Part shown: positions 34,771 through 48,449 of the stretch, in pieces
How positions within the stretch are numbered: the stretch's first letter is position 1
Layout of the letters: every line of letters starts with the position of its first letter
NCBI GenBank assembly: GCA_024679065.1
Contig: JAGIQG010000040.1
Location: forward strand, 3,472,001-3,536,000
Source: Sphyrna mokarran
Lineage: Eukaryota
Reading direction: 5' to 3'
Length of the DNA: 64,000 nt
Translations under genes and position numbers: made by a program
The notes under the pieces: model-generated
Databases searched by the model: none
Told to the model about the DNA's origin: nothing
What the model saw: the letters and a program-made list of their open reading frames with translations, nothing else

Positions 34771-37700
34771 TCTTTATCTGGCTGATTCAGTCTGGCAACG
34801 CAACCTCACTCCACACACACACTCACAATAAGTGGGAGTGACAATGTGGGCCGCGGGCCAACGGTTGGAAAAACATAAAAATCTTTCACAAGTCAGTCTA
34901 AACTGAATAATTTCCTCTTTCCTCAATGAGCGAAACTTGTAAAAACTCAAGAAATTTGACACAATCCGGGACAAAGTGACCCATAAGATTAACAGCCCCC
35001 TCATTTATCCATTCGTTCTCTTCATCACTGACAAGCAGTGACAACAGTGTGTATTATAGACAACATGATCAGCAACAACTCACCAAGACTCCATAGAAAA
35101 CACTATTCAAACCCGCTGCTTTACATCGTAACAAGAAAAGAAAGCAGCCACTACCACCCGTAAGCTCCCCAACAAGACACACACCATCCCGACTTGAAAC
35201 AATATCTCAGTTCCTTCTGATCAAAAACCTGGGACTTGCGCCTAACAGCACGGCGGACGCCTGCAGCGTATGGACTGCAGTTATTCACGGATGCTTCATG
35301 CAAACAATTTCTCAAGGAACAATTATTGAAGGTTAAAAACTCTGGTCTGGTCTCTAAAATGCCTTTAAAAGATTGAAAATAAGATGCAAATGAATTTAGC
35401 CCTTCGACTTAATACTAAACAGGTTAGGGACTGCTATAGTACGGAGTACGATACAGTAAACCTCACTTTGCATTTGTTCATCGAACATTCCCATCATTGC
35501 TTAAAAATCACCCTATTCTCCCTCTACATTATTGCGTTTTTGCTCTCTCTGACGGTCACAATATGCCGTATGAGTCTCATTTCTGAGACGCCGAGTCAAA
35601 CATCAAGTCCAACTATCACATTTTTCACACATACAATTTTATAGCAGAAATAAATGAAATTTCACTCTCTGAAATAGTGTAGAAAGAACCAGAAGATTCA
35701 CAACCAAGCAGGCAGATTCCCGATCTCAACATAGTTACCACTATTTGATTCCAATTGATCAATGGCCAACATAAAACGACAGAAAATCAATAAATTATTT
35801 TAAATTAAACTGATATTCATTTCAAAACTCCTTTCGACTTTTAATTATTTCTCTCTCACTTCTCGAAAACTATGTAAAAATGGAATTTCGCTAAAAATAA
35901 ACAATCAAAAATAACAGATTCAATGCCCCTAACAGAGATGCAGTGGCGCAGTAAGAATTAAACAAACTAAGGAACATTTACATTGAAAAGCATTAACTGA
36001 TTCAATCTAATTTGTTAATTAAATGTAATCAACACAATTATCACAGCAAAACACTTTTTCGAGCTGAGCACAGCTGAGTAAAGAAATGTTTTGTTTCTGA
36101 ATTCATTTTAGATACAATTAAATATTCTCTAAAACAGGTGATACTTTACACGCCAGTGCAATATTCAAGATCTTTTGTTTTGAATTAATCAGCACAGATA
36201 TTATATTTTAAATTATTGTTAATTGCCAATTAGTTTGCCCGTCAGCTGATTTGTACTCCGTAATAAAATGAGTTTTCAATCATTCAAAATGCGTTTCTAC
36301 CTCCAACATTGTTAAATAATTAGGTTCCAATTAAATTTTAGACAATATTAAATAATAGTTTCAAATTACTGAATGGAAACATTCAGACATCTGTCATTCA
36401 TTTACTTAAATCTAATCACATTGTAATATTTCACTCTTATTACATTGTTTTATTATAACCTAGAAATGTGTTAAAATGTATACTTTTGAATTTGTGTGGG
36501 CCGTAACGGCCTGACACTTTGAAATCACAGATAAAGAATGTAATATTCGGATACAAAAACTGCCAAAACCCAAAGTCTGCAAAACTCGTAATCCAGTGAA
36601 TAAGAACTTAATTGGGGTATACGATTAATGCAAAGAATCTTGTTCAACTGAACGCTACTGTGTAAACAGCATGTTACTATTGAAATAGTTTCCGGAATTG
36701 TCACAAAATATTTCCAGTCTGGAAAATTTTCTGGTCGTGTTAATTGTGTGAATATTAAAGATTACTACCAGGTTATATTAATATACAATTATCCTAGGTG
36801 AAAATGGAGTTATATTACCGATGAATAATTGTTTGATTTATATTCATTTTACTATTGAATTTCTTAATGAGAAGTTTGTGATTGCAGCAACGACTTAGTG
36901 TCCGAATGAGCATTCTAAGTCATGATTTTACTTGAATGTGTAAACCTGAGTTAAAATTTAAAAACGTGTTGTAATATCTTTTAGATTTTGTTTTCCCAAA
37001 ACATGCTTATTTTCTCCCGACAAGGATTTTCAAACTCAAAGATTGCTTGCATTCATCCAGAATACGTCTAACCGCTCAGCGGTACTGAGTTTAAATAATG
37101 CAGAAATAATGCCGCAAAGCCAATCCATTTCACAAATTTTAAATATTCATAGTGATCGAATCACAGAATCTCCTCAACAGATGCACACCAGAACACATCA
37201 ATAAGGAATGAACTCGTTTCACGAGAACCACTCAATTATCCATTCAACAGAATCAAATATAACATTGAAAGAAAATCTCAGTACGGAATCTATGAAATTA
37301 AATCTTAACCAAATATTAAACCGAACAGAATCTGGAATAATATCAATAGCGTTGTGAGGAGGTGTAATATGTCAAACAAATTAATGTTTAAACTTTATCA
37401 CATTTCATTCATATGGAATCATATTTCAAACATATTTAAACATATGGATAGTAAATGCTTCTGCCATCAAATGCCACCGAAATTAAACATTGCAAGTACC
37501 CCAAGTTGTGAGTGCGCTGACAAACTATGTTCTGAACGAGCAGCATAAACCGCGGTTTAGTTTAAAGTGCAATTATCCTTTAAGATTTTAAAAATACAAA
37601 TACAATACAGCTTGTCTGGTTTCTACGTGCAGTCATGCGTCAAGCTATCAATCACAACGCGTATAACAGCTCGGTGTCATCCAGTTTAAACAATGCAGAA

Positions 37701-38358
37701 ACAATGGAGAATCAACAAACCATTTTATAAATTCACTTATTTAAAGTCATAATCTCCTCACGAGAAAAAGAAAGCTGACAGACTGAACCCCGCATCTTGC
37801 AGAAGCAGCTCTATTCTCCACTTGCAACAGAATCAAATGTAACATTGACAGAAATTTTTAATATAAATTCCAGCCAGTCCGCCATCACCAACGTGATTAA
37901 TGTTTAAAATAAGCAGAAATATTGCATGGCAGCACCAGCTTGTGAGTGAGTGGAATATGTCCACTGGATTGATATAGGAATTTTCGAACTTTTTTAGAAT
38001 ATTGGATTAGATTGCACAGTAGATAGTACAATCTGCATCCAATAGATTAAATATTGCAGAAACGCTGAATTATTTAATAGGTGTTCGGCTTTTAAAGTAA
38101 CCCAGTCACACAGTAACCTTAACAGATAAACACAAAATCACAACAACCAAGGATTGAATCGTTCAGCAGCACCTATTGTCAAGAAACAACGGAAGTCCAC
38201 AAGCTCTTTGCAGCAGAATCACAGAAAAAGTTTTTAAAATTCTCATTCAAGAATTCACCAAACCCATATTTAAGTAAACAAATGAATTATTAGTATCGAC
38301 AAAAATGTAAAGCAAATATATATGTAAACCAGTTACTTAATAAATATATGGTTCTTAC

Positions 38359-38406
38359 CTGCAGTCACCGTCACCATGGTTCCTTGGCCCCAGTAGTCGA
38401 AGTAGT
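38359..38406 (-). CDS. IGHJ: JH segment (YFDYWGQGTMVTVTA)
   Basis: WGxG motif; donor GCAG|gtaaga in phase 1 to Cmu1. Confidence 0.97.
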
Positions 38407-38444
38407 CACAGTGTCACATTCCTGGGCTGTGTTATACAATAACC
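38407..38444 (+). promoter_or_regulatory. JH recombination signal, 22-bp spacer
   Basis: CACAGTG-22-ACAATAACC. Confidence 0.95.
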
Positions 38445-38760
38445 GTCCCTGCACAAAATAGACAGAAGACCAACATTATTTTAAATATTCACAAACCGGA
38501 GAAAAAGCAAAGTCAATTAATGTTCATTAAATTATACTTGTATTTCTGGATGTCATTCTACATTCATAAATGACCCTAATGTTTTATATTTCACAAAGCA
38601 TGTTATTGAAAATACCAATTGATTATTGAGAAATTATCACAGACTTTCTATATTCATTCTTGTCATGTTGTCAATGCTGGACACAAACAATACTGTACTG
38701 TGATTAAAGTTGGATTGCAAAAGTGACAGTTATGCAGGCTCAATCCATTGGTGCTGAGAA

Positions 38761-38818
38761 GGTTTTTATATTGATAGTAACTGCTGTGCCACTCAGGTAT
38801 CACAGTGAGACAAATACT
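38761..38818 (-). other. IGHD: D2 segment (ATACCTGAGTGG, 38789-38800) with intact 3' 12-RSS and defective 5' RSS
   Basis: 3' RSS CACAGCA-12-ATAAAAACC; 5' side CACAGTG-ag-ACAAATACT (2-nt spacer). Confidence 0.9.
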
Positions 38819-39122
38819 GCGGCAGACTGTCAACTGTAAAATGCAGAGAGTTAATTTCACTCATATTACCAAAGCCGGTTTCCATCTCATTTAAGACCGA
38901 GTCAGTGATATATTTCAATTTTTACTGGTCATGATATTGATAAAAGGGATTAGAAACTTATTCACAGTGCGCATTCAGTATGTAAATTAATAGCAATAAA
39001 GTTGAAGTATTTTATGTCTTTTAAAATCAATACTGCTTCTAGCTATTATTTTGTTGAACCCTCATTTTATTTGGCATTCGGCAATGGCACTGATCACTTA
39101 TTTAAGCAAAGTCCTTCTCTGA

Positions 39123-39205
39123 AATTTTTGTAATAGGATATCGCTTTTCTCAGCTCTGTGACTCACTTCTATAGTATCACAGTAACAAACATCCGTACAA
39201 ATACT
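39123..39205 (-). other. IGHD: D1 segment (ATACTATAGAAGTGAGT, 39161-39177) with 5' 12-RSS and 3' 22-RSS
   Basis: 5' CACAGTA-12-ACAAATACT; 3' CACAGAG-22-ACAAAAATT; the 12/22 pattern typical of shark D1. Confidence 0.92.
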
Positions 39206-39542
39206 GCATTCACTCTGTTCAGTACTGCCGCTCAATATTCACTTCAAATGGACCATTAGTTCTGCTCTAATTTAAAATGTAGATACCTGTTAATATAACA
39301 CAATCTATCAGAAATATTAAAACTAGTAATATATCTAGTGTGGTACTTGCTGAACGGCAACAAACAGGGAAAATCTCACCCCCTTATCTCGGCGAGTTTC
39401 TTAAATTTTACTGATAAATGCTTTCTTTGTTCTTTTTAAAATCACGATTGTTGTTTAGTTCTGAACACTATTGTTAATATTTCATTTAAAAAAGATATTT
39501 ACCTTCAAGATATGATGGAAAGTGCTGAATTCCCTCTCGATT

Positions 39543-39581
39543 TGTTCTTGTCTGGCTTCAGACCAGGCTTCTCTCGCTGTG
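39543..39581 (-). promoter_or_regulatory. VH recombination signal, 23-bp spacer
   Basis: CACAGCG-23-ACAAGAACA directly after YYCARD. Confidence 0.93.
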
Positions 39582-39886
39582 GTCTCTTGCACAGTAATAG
39601 TTGATGGTGTCTTCGATCTTCAAGCTTGTCATGTCTAAAGCAAAGATGTTGTTTGCAATGTCTTTGGACGCAGTAAATCGATTCTTAATTGATGAGGCGT
39701 AGCTGTTGCTTGATGAACTATAGTAGCTAACCAGCCACTCCAGCCCCTGTCCGGGAACCTGTCGGATCCAGCCCATCCAGCTGTTGCCAAAATCAAAGCC
39801 ACTGGTTTTACAAATCAGTTTCAGGGAGCCTCCGAGACGGCCGGTCTCTGCCTCTGGCTGAATCAACACAATCTGCGACTGGACAC
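39582..39886 (-). CDS. IGHV: VH exon (germline, unrearranged)
   Basis: tttttacag|(G)[52 protein letters not shown]...[11 protein letters not shown]; canonical Cys, Trp and YYC present. Confidence 0.97.
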
Positions 39887-40010
39887 CTGTAAAAACATAT
39901 CAAAAACCCCGAGGATTTATTCTGGTGTAATGATCGCTAACTCTGGAACATTTCAGAGATAAACTGAGACAGTGAGAGTGAGAGACTTCGACAATAATAA
40001 AAACAACCAC

Positions 40011-40056
40011 CTGATAAGAAAATCAGCAAGAAACTGAGAGAAATCGCCGAACTCAT
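40011..40056 (-). CDS. IGHV: VH leader exon (MSSAISLSFLLIFLSG)
   Basis: 46-nt hydrophobic signal exon, phase-1 donor TCAG|gtggtt, 124-nt intron; in-frame upstream ATG at 40068. Confidence 0.88.
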
Positions 40057-40147
40057 CTTTCTGGCCATTTGGGGGAAATGATTGTGTCAGGAGATCAGTG
40101 AACAAAGCAAGTCCCAGACTATTGGATTCTGTTCCCAGTGAGCGGCA

Positions 40148-40154
40148 TTTAAAT
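40148..40154 (-). promoter_or_regulatory. TATA-like element of the VH promoter
   Basis: ATTTAAA ~95 nt upstream of the leader ATG; no octamer seen nearby, as expected for shark VH promoters. Confidence 0.4.
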
Positions 40155-41974
40155 GCCTGGCAGAAGGGGGCAGCGTTTCAAGCGCCTCCTGTTGATTCCC
40201 TGGTGGAGGCGGCAACTGGATCCACGTCCTACCTTCCACACCCCCAACAGAATGGACTCCGAGATTTTCAATAGGTTAATATTAAAATTGATATTTTATC
40301 TGTATCGGGACATTCTTTTGGCTGAATATATTCATCGTATTGTCTTCATTATTTCTCGCGGTGATATTGCAGTTCATCATCTCTTTGTTTTAAAAACTAA
40401 TTTCATTGTAAATATGGTGTTTTTATTGCCACGCCCCTAACAAGAACTTAAATCTAAAAATTATGCAATAGCATTTTCCGAAAATAAAGAGACCATCGGT
40501 CTATGTTGGAACAATTCCGGGTCTCTGTCACATTACAATAATAAAGCATCATTTATCGGAAGAATTGTTATCGATTTCTGTAACTAAATGCGGGCGATGA
40601 ACAAAATAGTTGCATTTTCAGTGCAGATAGCTGTCATTGTACAATATGAGTTTGGCGAAGAGAGGAAAATCTCACACAATACAATATTTCTCCTTATATT
40701 TCGCAAATTGTCCCTTGAAGACAGTTCTGTGAAAATAAGAATCCCGCTTGCCTGATAATCAAATAGTGATTTAACAGAGAAGCATAAAATTGACATCGAT
40801 TTTGACAGGAAAGTTAATTAATCATAGCGGACACGGCGATCAGCAAATTTTTCCTTCAGCATCTAAATCATTGCAGCTCACTCTGTTGGCCACCGGCTGT
40901 CTAACATCATTAATATTGGGAGCACAGGATGTCAGGACTTTCAGCAAATTGCGCAATATCACAAGAATAAATGTTTTAGCTTCCATTGAATCAGGTAATG
41001 AACTGCTCACTTCTACAATCATTGGCAGCTCTGAGAGGAACTCTTCAATAATTGAAATCAGATTATACTGTACAATAGAACACGCTGCAAATTAGATATA
41101 AGAGACGCTGCTGTTTAAATGAACTTCAGCACTTTCAGAATATTCCAGAAATCCCCGCTGTTCCTGTCCAATTTATGGTGTTCTTTTAATAATATTTCGA
41201 TGCATTTTTGCCATTGTTCTGATCTCAATGCACTGGGGAATTGGGATCGTCAACATCTCTCTCTCTTGCATTTCATGAAGTGGTTAATAAACAAACTTTA
41301 ATTATTGGAATGACATTTAATTGGAAATTATTCAAATGAAAAAAAAGTTTGCTTTTTTTTGTTTTGCGATACTATTTACTCACATAATGAACAGGACATT
41401 GAATAAAAATATTTCATTAGAATGATTATGATTTAAAATGTGTCTTTCTGGTGGAAATGAAGCATTTATTATTTAAATGGCTTGATATCATTTTGTCCAT
41501 TCAAGTTCACGCTAATCTGTCCCAGCATTATTTGATAGCAATCCAGGCTGCTGTCAAATGCTCAGTTATTGATAGGAAGCATCTGGAGGTGTTTGTGCTG
41601 TAGATCAAAAATCAGTTTTCTCAGTACTGACCACTTGGCTGCGAGCCAACTTAAAACACTTCATATTGTCAATGAGGCCTATTTATAAACAAATTTACCC
41701 AACAACATCCATCCCGAGTTTGTTGGGAGTTAAGAAGCTGATCCTCACGAAGAGAAATATCCAAATGGATCAGATGGTTCATTTCCTGCGAATGCTGAAC
41801 CTTCATATACAAGATAGAAAGAGGGAACATTATTAGTTTGAGGAGGGAGAATTGTAATATTTGACATACTTGGTTCTTTCACGTAAACAAATCACTCAAC
41901 ATGACCTCACCCAAATTAATGAAGGTAACAGAGCGAAAAGTAAATAAAGTAACGAGAAATATTGTGAGACTTAC

Positions 41975-42492
41975 TGGAGCATGTCTACATTTTGTGCTAT
42001 TGGTTGCACACCCTTTTTGGTTTTCTCAAATACCTTTTACTGATGTTTTGTCTGCACTTCAGTCCCACACTCCTAATCTACGGGCACCTGATGCGGGGAG
42101 TGGCATATCGGGATGCTGACCTCCTCGTGAACCTGCTCCTGAGCCTGGCGAGACGCGCCAAGAATAGATCCAGGCAGCGGGCGATCGACGGAGCCGTGCA
42201 TCCCGACTGCCTGTTCTTCTACCGTGGCTACATTCGCGGCCAGGTGTCCCTGAAGAGAGAGCATGCAGTGCCCACGAGAGCAGTTGACGCCTTCCGCGCG
42301 TGTTGGGCACTGCAGGGATTGGGGTGTGTTATAGACTCTGATAATCACATTTTGATTTAATGCTTTAAGTTTCCTTTGGACTTTGGTTTCTGTTCCGTCC
42401 GTCCGCGCCTCCATTCCTTTTGGGGGGCTGCCCCTTTTAATTTGTACCTAAGTTAATTTGACTTCATTTACTTGTTAGGTGTGCAAAAGAGG
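41975..42492 (+). mobile_element. Tx1/L1-clade LINE 3' fragment
   Basis: GC/CpG-rich ORF ..HFSPTLLIYG..DLLVNLLLSLAR..FRACWA..ILI* resembles a Tx1-like ORF2 C-terminus, followed by a T-rich 3'UTR ending caaaagag. Confidence 0.75.
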
Positions 42493-43789
42493 TACTGGAC
42501 AACTACAGGTGTTATATTACTTCCCAAAACGGTGTAATAATGAATCGGGATTTAAAAGTTCAGTAACTTCACATAAGGTACAAGTACTTTAATTTATATC
42601 ATCACTTTGAAAATCATCACACACTCCAGCTATGTATCAGGAATTTCTGTGTAATGAAGAGATGATTACTTGTCAATGAAGCGCGGATCATGATCCTCGG
42701 TCTGAATTAATTCCATTTCCCACTAAATTCTGGGGCAGATTTTATTCCTTGGGGACGAAAAGGCCAATATAATGTCAATAAATGTTAATTTCAATAAATC
42801 ATATAAAACAAATCATAATTGCATGTTGTCCAAAATGAAGTATTGAAAACAAATAGAAAATGCTGAAAAATTGCAGGATGGAGCCAACGTTTCGAGTCTG
42901 GATGACACTTCGGCAGAGTATTCCCGATGCTTTGGAGAGATCATCATTGTTTCTAACAAGGTGACAGAGAAGCTACGAAACTGTCTTGTGAATTGGTTTA
43001 GTGATTACTGTTTAATGATATACACTATTTCGAGCAAAAAACGTTACATCAATTCACATACGAATCTCAAATATTATAATCAACTTCTCCATCCTAGCTA
43101 ACCTAATCAACGCCTCCATCACTAACTATATCCTTAAAAAAAAATTCCTAATTCCTATGCAGCCATATTATTTCCCAATTTCATCATCCTATTTAATTTC
43201 CTCCAAATAAAAAAGGGTCATCCTGACGTAAAACTTTGGCTCCATTCTTTCTCCACAGGGGCTGTTGAGATTTTCCCGAATTCATTGCTTTTATTTCAGT
43301 TTTCAGAATCCGCAATATTTTGCTTTTATCAAAAATGCTGAATAGAATTGGTGAAACAATTGGTTATTTGTATGAATTGATGATCATTTGTGAATTAGAA
43401 CAACCCCACCTGGAAATTCCCCTCCGAGACACTCATCAAAATGACTTGGACTTATATTACTGTTGCATACTGGGAATACCTGGGTCGGAATCCATGCACA
43501 CTCTTCCAAACAGCAATGTGGAAGTATCTACTCTGCAGTTTTGCAGCGGTTTAGAACGGTGGCTCCCCACCAATTTACCGAATGCAATTTGCAATGGGGA
43601 TTAAATGCTGGCCTAGACAGTGTGGCTCATCTTCCATAAAGTGATGTTAAATATATTGAACTTTATGAATGAATGAGTACTGGTGAATGCATTAATCGAA
43701 TTGTGAATGGATAGTCACTGGTGAAAATAATTACTATTTTTCTGAACATTTATGAAATTCCACTTACCTGCATGAAGATTTAAATTTTG

Positions 43790-44425
43790 AATTTTATTTA
43801 TTAATGTCACAAGTAGGTTGACATTAACACTGCAATTAAGTTACTGTGGAAGTCCCCTAGTCGCACAATATAGCGCCTGTTCTGAAACACTGAAGGAGAA
43901 TTTAGCCTGGCCAGTGCATCTTACCAGAATCCCTTTCCGGACTGTGGGAGGAAATTGGAGCACCGAGAGGAAACCAATGCATACATGAGCACTCCGCAAG
44001 TTCACTGGCCTTCGAAGTTAAGAAACCTTTCCTCATTTTTGTCCTAAATTGGCTACCCTGCGTCTGCATCCCTGGTTTGAGACTTCCTAACCAACGAAAG
44101 CATCCTTACTTCATTTAGCCTGCCCAGTCTATTCGAATTTGCTCAATTAATTATAAGATTATTTACTATTAATGTCACAAGTAGGCATACATTAACACTG
44201 TAATGAAATTATTGTGAAAATGTCCCCTGCTCACACTCCAGTACCTGTTCAGGTGCGCTGAGGGAAAATTTTGCATGGCCAATGCACTTCATCAACACAC
44301 CTGCCTGACTGAGGGAGGCAACTGGAGCACCCAGAGGAAACCCAAGCAGTAAGGGAGGAATATGCAGACTCTGCAAGGACAGTGACTCAAGCTGGACCTC
44401 GAACACCGCTATGCCACGATGCCAC
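43790..44425 (-). mobile_element. Two copies of a SINE (43790-43990, 44155-44425) flanking a CR1 scrap
   Basis: Shared tattaatgtcacaagtagg..acattaacactg.aat.aa.tta.tgtg.aa tail and ggagcacc.agaggaaacc core; third copy on + at 45165-45430. Confidence 0.7.
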
Positions 44426-44649
44426 CTTCATTTTACATGTTTTAAACATAATTTTGTATGTTTCAATCACATTACTACTTATCTTTCTAAACTCAAGTGG
44501 ATAATGAGGTGGAGATGGAAGCGTTGGATTGGGTGGACACATTTAGATGTCTTACAACACCAAGTTAAAGCCCAACAAGTTTATTTGGAATCACTAGCTT
44601 TCAAGGCACTGCAACTTCATCAGGTGAGTCAAATGAATATAGGTCCAAT

Positions 44650-45970
44650 CGAAAGAATCTCGCCACAAAAGAGAGTCCCGCCAATCCCAGTATCGGCTGC
44701 GCTTCCCATGCACTCTTTATTAGGAAAGGAGAAGAGAACTACAGCTCTACACGAGGAATGGTCATACGAAGGCCCGGAATAACTGCAGTGAGACTTCCTT
44801 AATTCCGAACTCAAATTTTCTTGCAACAAATGCCTTCCTAGTTGCTTGCTATTCATATCTCTAAATTTCATTGACTGCCGTACAAGGACACCCAGATTCA
44901 TTTGAACATCACACTTCCTAGTGTATGTTGTTTTCTGCTTTGCACACCAGTATATAACTGCACATTTAGCTACGTTATACTGCATCTGCCACGTGTTCAC
45001 CCATTCACTCAGATTGTCCAGATCACATTGAAGCCCCACACCACACCACACTCTCCTGCACCCCACCACCCCCTTCCCCACCCCGCCTTATACCTCACAA
45101 TTCTGTCAAGCTTTGTATTGCCCGCCGTTTCGGATATGCTACAATGATTTCGTCATCCAGATTCCACAGGCCACAGTGTCAGAGAGGTTGGTTCAAATCC
45201 CGGTTTGAGTCACTGCCTGTACTGTGTCCGCTCGTTCTCCCTGTATCAATGTGAATTTCTTCCAGATGCTCCGGTTTCTTCCCACAGTCCGAAAGTCATT
45301 CTACATAAATGCATTGACCATGCTAAATTCTCCCTCAGGTTTGTGTAGCCGAACTGGAGTGTGGTATCTCGGCGATTTTCACAGTAACATAATTGCAGTG
45401 TTAATGTAGCGTATTTGTGACCTATAAACAATTTGAAAAGTTGGACCCTGACTGCCATTCGGGAAAAAGTCCCCACTTGTTTCCACTCTCTGTTTCTTAC
45501 CTGTCAACAAATTCTATACCTATGCCAATACGTTACTCCCTATACAACGTGCTTTTATTTGGCCTACTAATAATTTATGAGGAACCTTCAAATATCTTCT
45601 GAAAGTAAAAATACACTAAGTACATTGGTCCCCCTCTCCTTGCCTATTGTATTATTTACACCCGCTAAAAACACATGTAGGTTTGTTCTGAATGACATTT
45701 CTTTCTTCAGGCAATGCTGTCTTCAACCAGCTCCGTTAATGCTTTCCAAATATTTTGCTATCATACCTTTCATAACAGTCTCTAACACCTTCGCTGATAC
45801 AAACATCAGGCTATAATTCATCAGTTACTTTCCCTTCCTTTGCATACATTGCGGTTACATTCTATAGGAGCTGTTCCAGAGTGTATCGATTTTTCGAAGA
45901 TGACAACCCATATTTCCAGGGCCATTTCCTTTCATACTCTGGGATATAGGTTATCAGACGCTAGTGAGTT
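44650..45970 (-). mobile_element. Decayed CR1 RT fragments interrupted by a SINE
   Basis: ORF 44629-45081 LQCDLDNLSEWVNTWQMQYNVAKCAVI. Confidence 0.7.
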
Positions 45971-48449
45971 TTCAGCAGAAGTAAAATTTCCTATGCTGAA
46001 AACCACGAAAGAAGATGAGCTTTGATGAACTATGATTGTTATTAATCGCAGAAGAATTTTGTTTCAGCTGAAACGAATTAATTGAATTGAAATTCCCCAG
46101 CTGCCGAGTTGGAATTTGAACTCCTGTCTCCAGAGCATTAATTCAATCTTCTGTAATACCAGATTAATAATAGCGTTGCTGCATAAACCCTTAGACTGAA
46201 ATATCATCACATTTATCTTTGGGACAATTGTTCAATACTGGGTAGCGGGTTGGATCATGAGTTCAAGTATCTGTTGTGGGAATTGAACATATTGCCATCT
46301 GATTTAAAAATGATGTTGACTCCACTGAGATAAGATTGCTAACTGATCACAGTTTGTGTTTTAACATTATGCCGTTTAGCTCAGCGTGTCTGAATTCTGA
46401 GATCAGTATCCAATATTTCAGGGATGCATTTAATTGCCAGATGCATGCTTTCTCTTAGTCTTGAATCTTAGTCTGACTCGATGACAATGATTAATGGGGA
46501 TTCGTGCAAAAATTCCATCAATTCCTAAAATGACATCTGAAAACACGCGAGGCACAAGGTCTGAGAGTTTGACGTTAATGATGTATGAGCTGCACTATCA
46601 TATCAGCTGAACGCTGAGTTTATTTCTCTTAGAGCTGAGCAGTTTTTGGGAGGTTTAGTGCAGAAGTTCAAAGTTATGAATGGGAATGTTTTACTCATTA
46701 GGAAAAAAAAACTGTTACCCACTGGCAAAACGGCATGTATACGAAGACACTGCTTTATTGGTTAAGAGTTAACTGAACCATCCCTCTAATTACATCACAT
46801 CAATCCATATTTCTACTTACGTTTTACAAGATCCAAAATTTAATTTTACGTCGGTAGACCCTGTCTCTCGTTATACTACATTCTCTCGTATTTCTCGTTA
46901 TGCCACACTAGATCATTCCTCTATTTATGCAACATTAGGCCTTCTTAATTAGTACTAAAGTAGACCACAATTTCTTTTTATATTACACAGGATTTGTCTC
47001 TTTACAATACATCAGAGCCTGTGTCTGTTAAACCTATATAGGATCATGAATATGTTCCTATCAAGATATTATCAACTACGACATATATGGACGTGCCTGT
47101 CTGATTCCAATCATTCTTGTTTTGAAGGAAAGGTTTTTTTTTTGCTAATATCTGTAAATAGCTCTGAGAAACGCCTAATTCTTCTGCTATTGTATTTAGC
47201 GTGAAAGTTATAACAATTTTGAGGGACTGGCCAATATCTGAACAATGGTGCAGCACTCGTTGGAATACCTTCAGGTAATCCCTGTTGAGATATCTTTTAT
47301 TAGTTGAATATTGTGTTGCGCTGTGTCAAGACGCCACAGAATTCAGTGATAAAAAATTGTTCGCCTATCTCATTTTATTTTACCATTCAACTGATACAGC
47401 ATAAGACAGAATTACGTATTCGTAATATCTCCAGATGGGCTCCCACATGCTTAATGTCTATTCAATCACTAATTGCTCATCTGTTTCAGACAGAGATAAA
47501 ACAGAAATGGCCACAGAATAAGTGATGACGGTTACGCTATGTTTGAATAGAATTTAAAATAAATACTTTCTGCAATTTATATTATTATCTTCTAAATTAT
47601 TTTTTCAATTTGGGATGTGGTCATTTGCCCAAGCTCTAAGCACTGTTATTCCCTCCCAATCTCCTTATCTCAGTTTCCTCGCCTAAATCAATCCATAAAA
47701 CTATCCCTTTTATTGGCCGTCGGTAATCTGATCAAATATTTTGTTGTTCATTGGAAAATATTGCGATGCATGGGTCTGACAAAAAATGCCAGAAACAGTC
47801 AGCAGATCATTCATAATAAATAGAGTGCGCATCTCTCTCTCTCCATCCCCTCTCCCCCACCCGCTTCTCTCTCTCTGTCTGTCTCTCACTCTCTCTCACA
47901 CACATTTGACGCAAACATGTACAATAATTCACTAGGCCATGTCTATTTATATACTGCATGTAATCATTTGCCATAGATTTTGTATCTGTTTACATAATGT
48001 GCCGCTTCGTTTATTATTACATGAAAACAATGTTACAAATCATTATTTCTGAGTTTTCATTCATTCAAGAGGCCACCTCTGTTACAGTAGACTCCATCCG
48101 AGATATTATTGTGCTGGGCTCTATGTCGTGCACTACTGAACACATCGGTGTCTCACTTTGTATTACACTGTTTCCTAATAATAAAGTAGACAATGTCCCA
48201 ACAATTACTTTTCTATAGAATGCATCTGACAAATGGAAAGAAAGAAAGAGCAAGTGAGATGAAAGTATGGATGTTAGCTTAAAAATGGGTTCAAAGAATG
48301 CGTTTCGTCTTGTTCATAACTATGTGGTGTTATATCTAATATCTAATTGCTCTTGTATTGTCTGCATTATTTTGTTGAACGCTTGTGATGAAACTTCTTG
48401 TTCAAAAGAGATTGAGGATGTTAATAAATGTATGCCACATGCACTGCAA

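Noticed and set aside
35384-35391. Perfect octamer ATGCAAAT in the J-C intron as an Emu marker
   Set aside because: The same 8-mer occurs at least three more times in unrelated parts of the window (~56439, ~59345, ~62909), so chance is sufficient
20577-40056. Identity as IgW, IgNAR or a germline-joined gene
   Set aside because: Four C exons with mu-type Cmu4 and tailpiece, conventional VH with FR2/CDR2, two D segments, and V, D, J separated by ~360-400 bp with RSSs
41975-42520. Tx1-like element as a U2 snRNA-targeted (Keno-type) insertion
   Set aside because: No U2 sequence visible at the 3' junction
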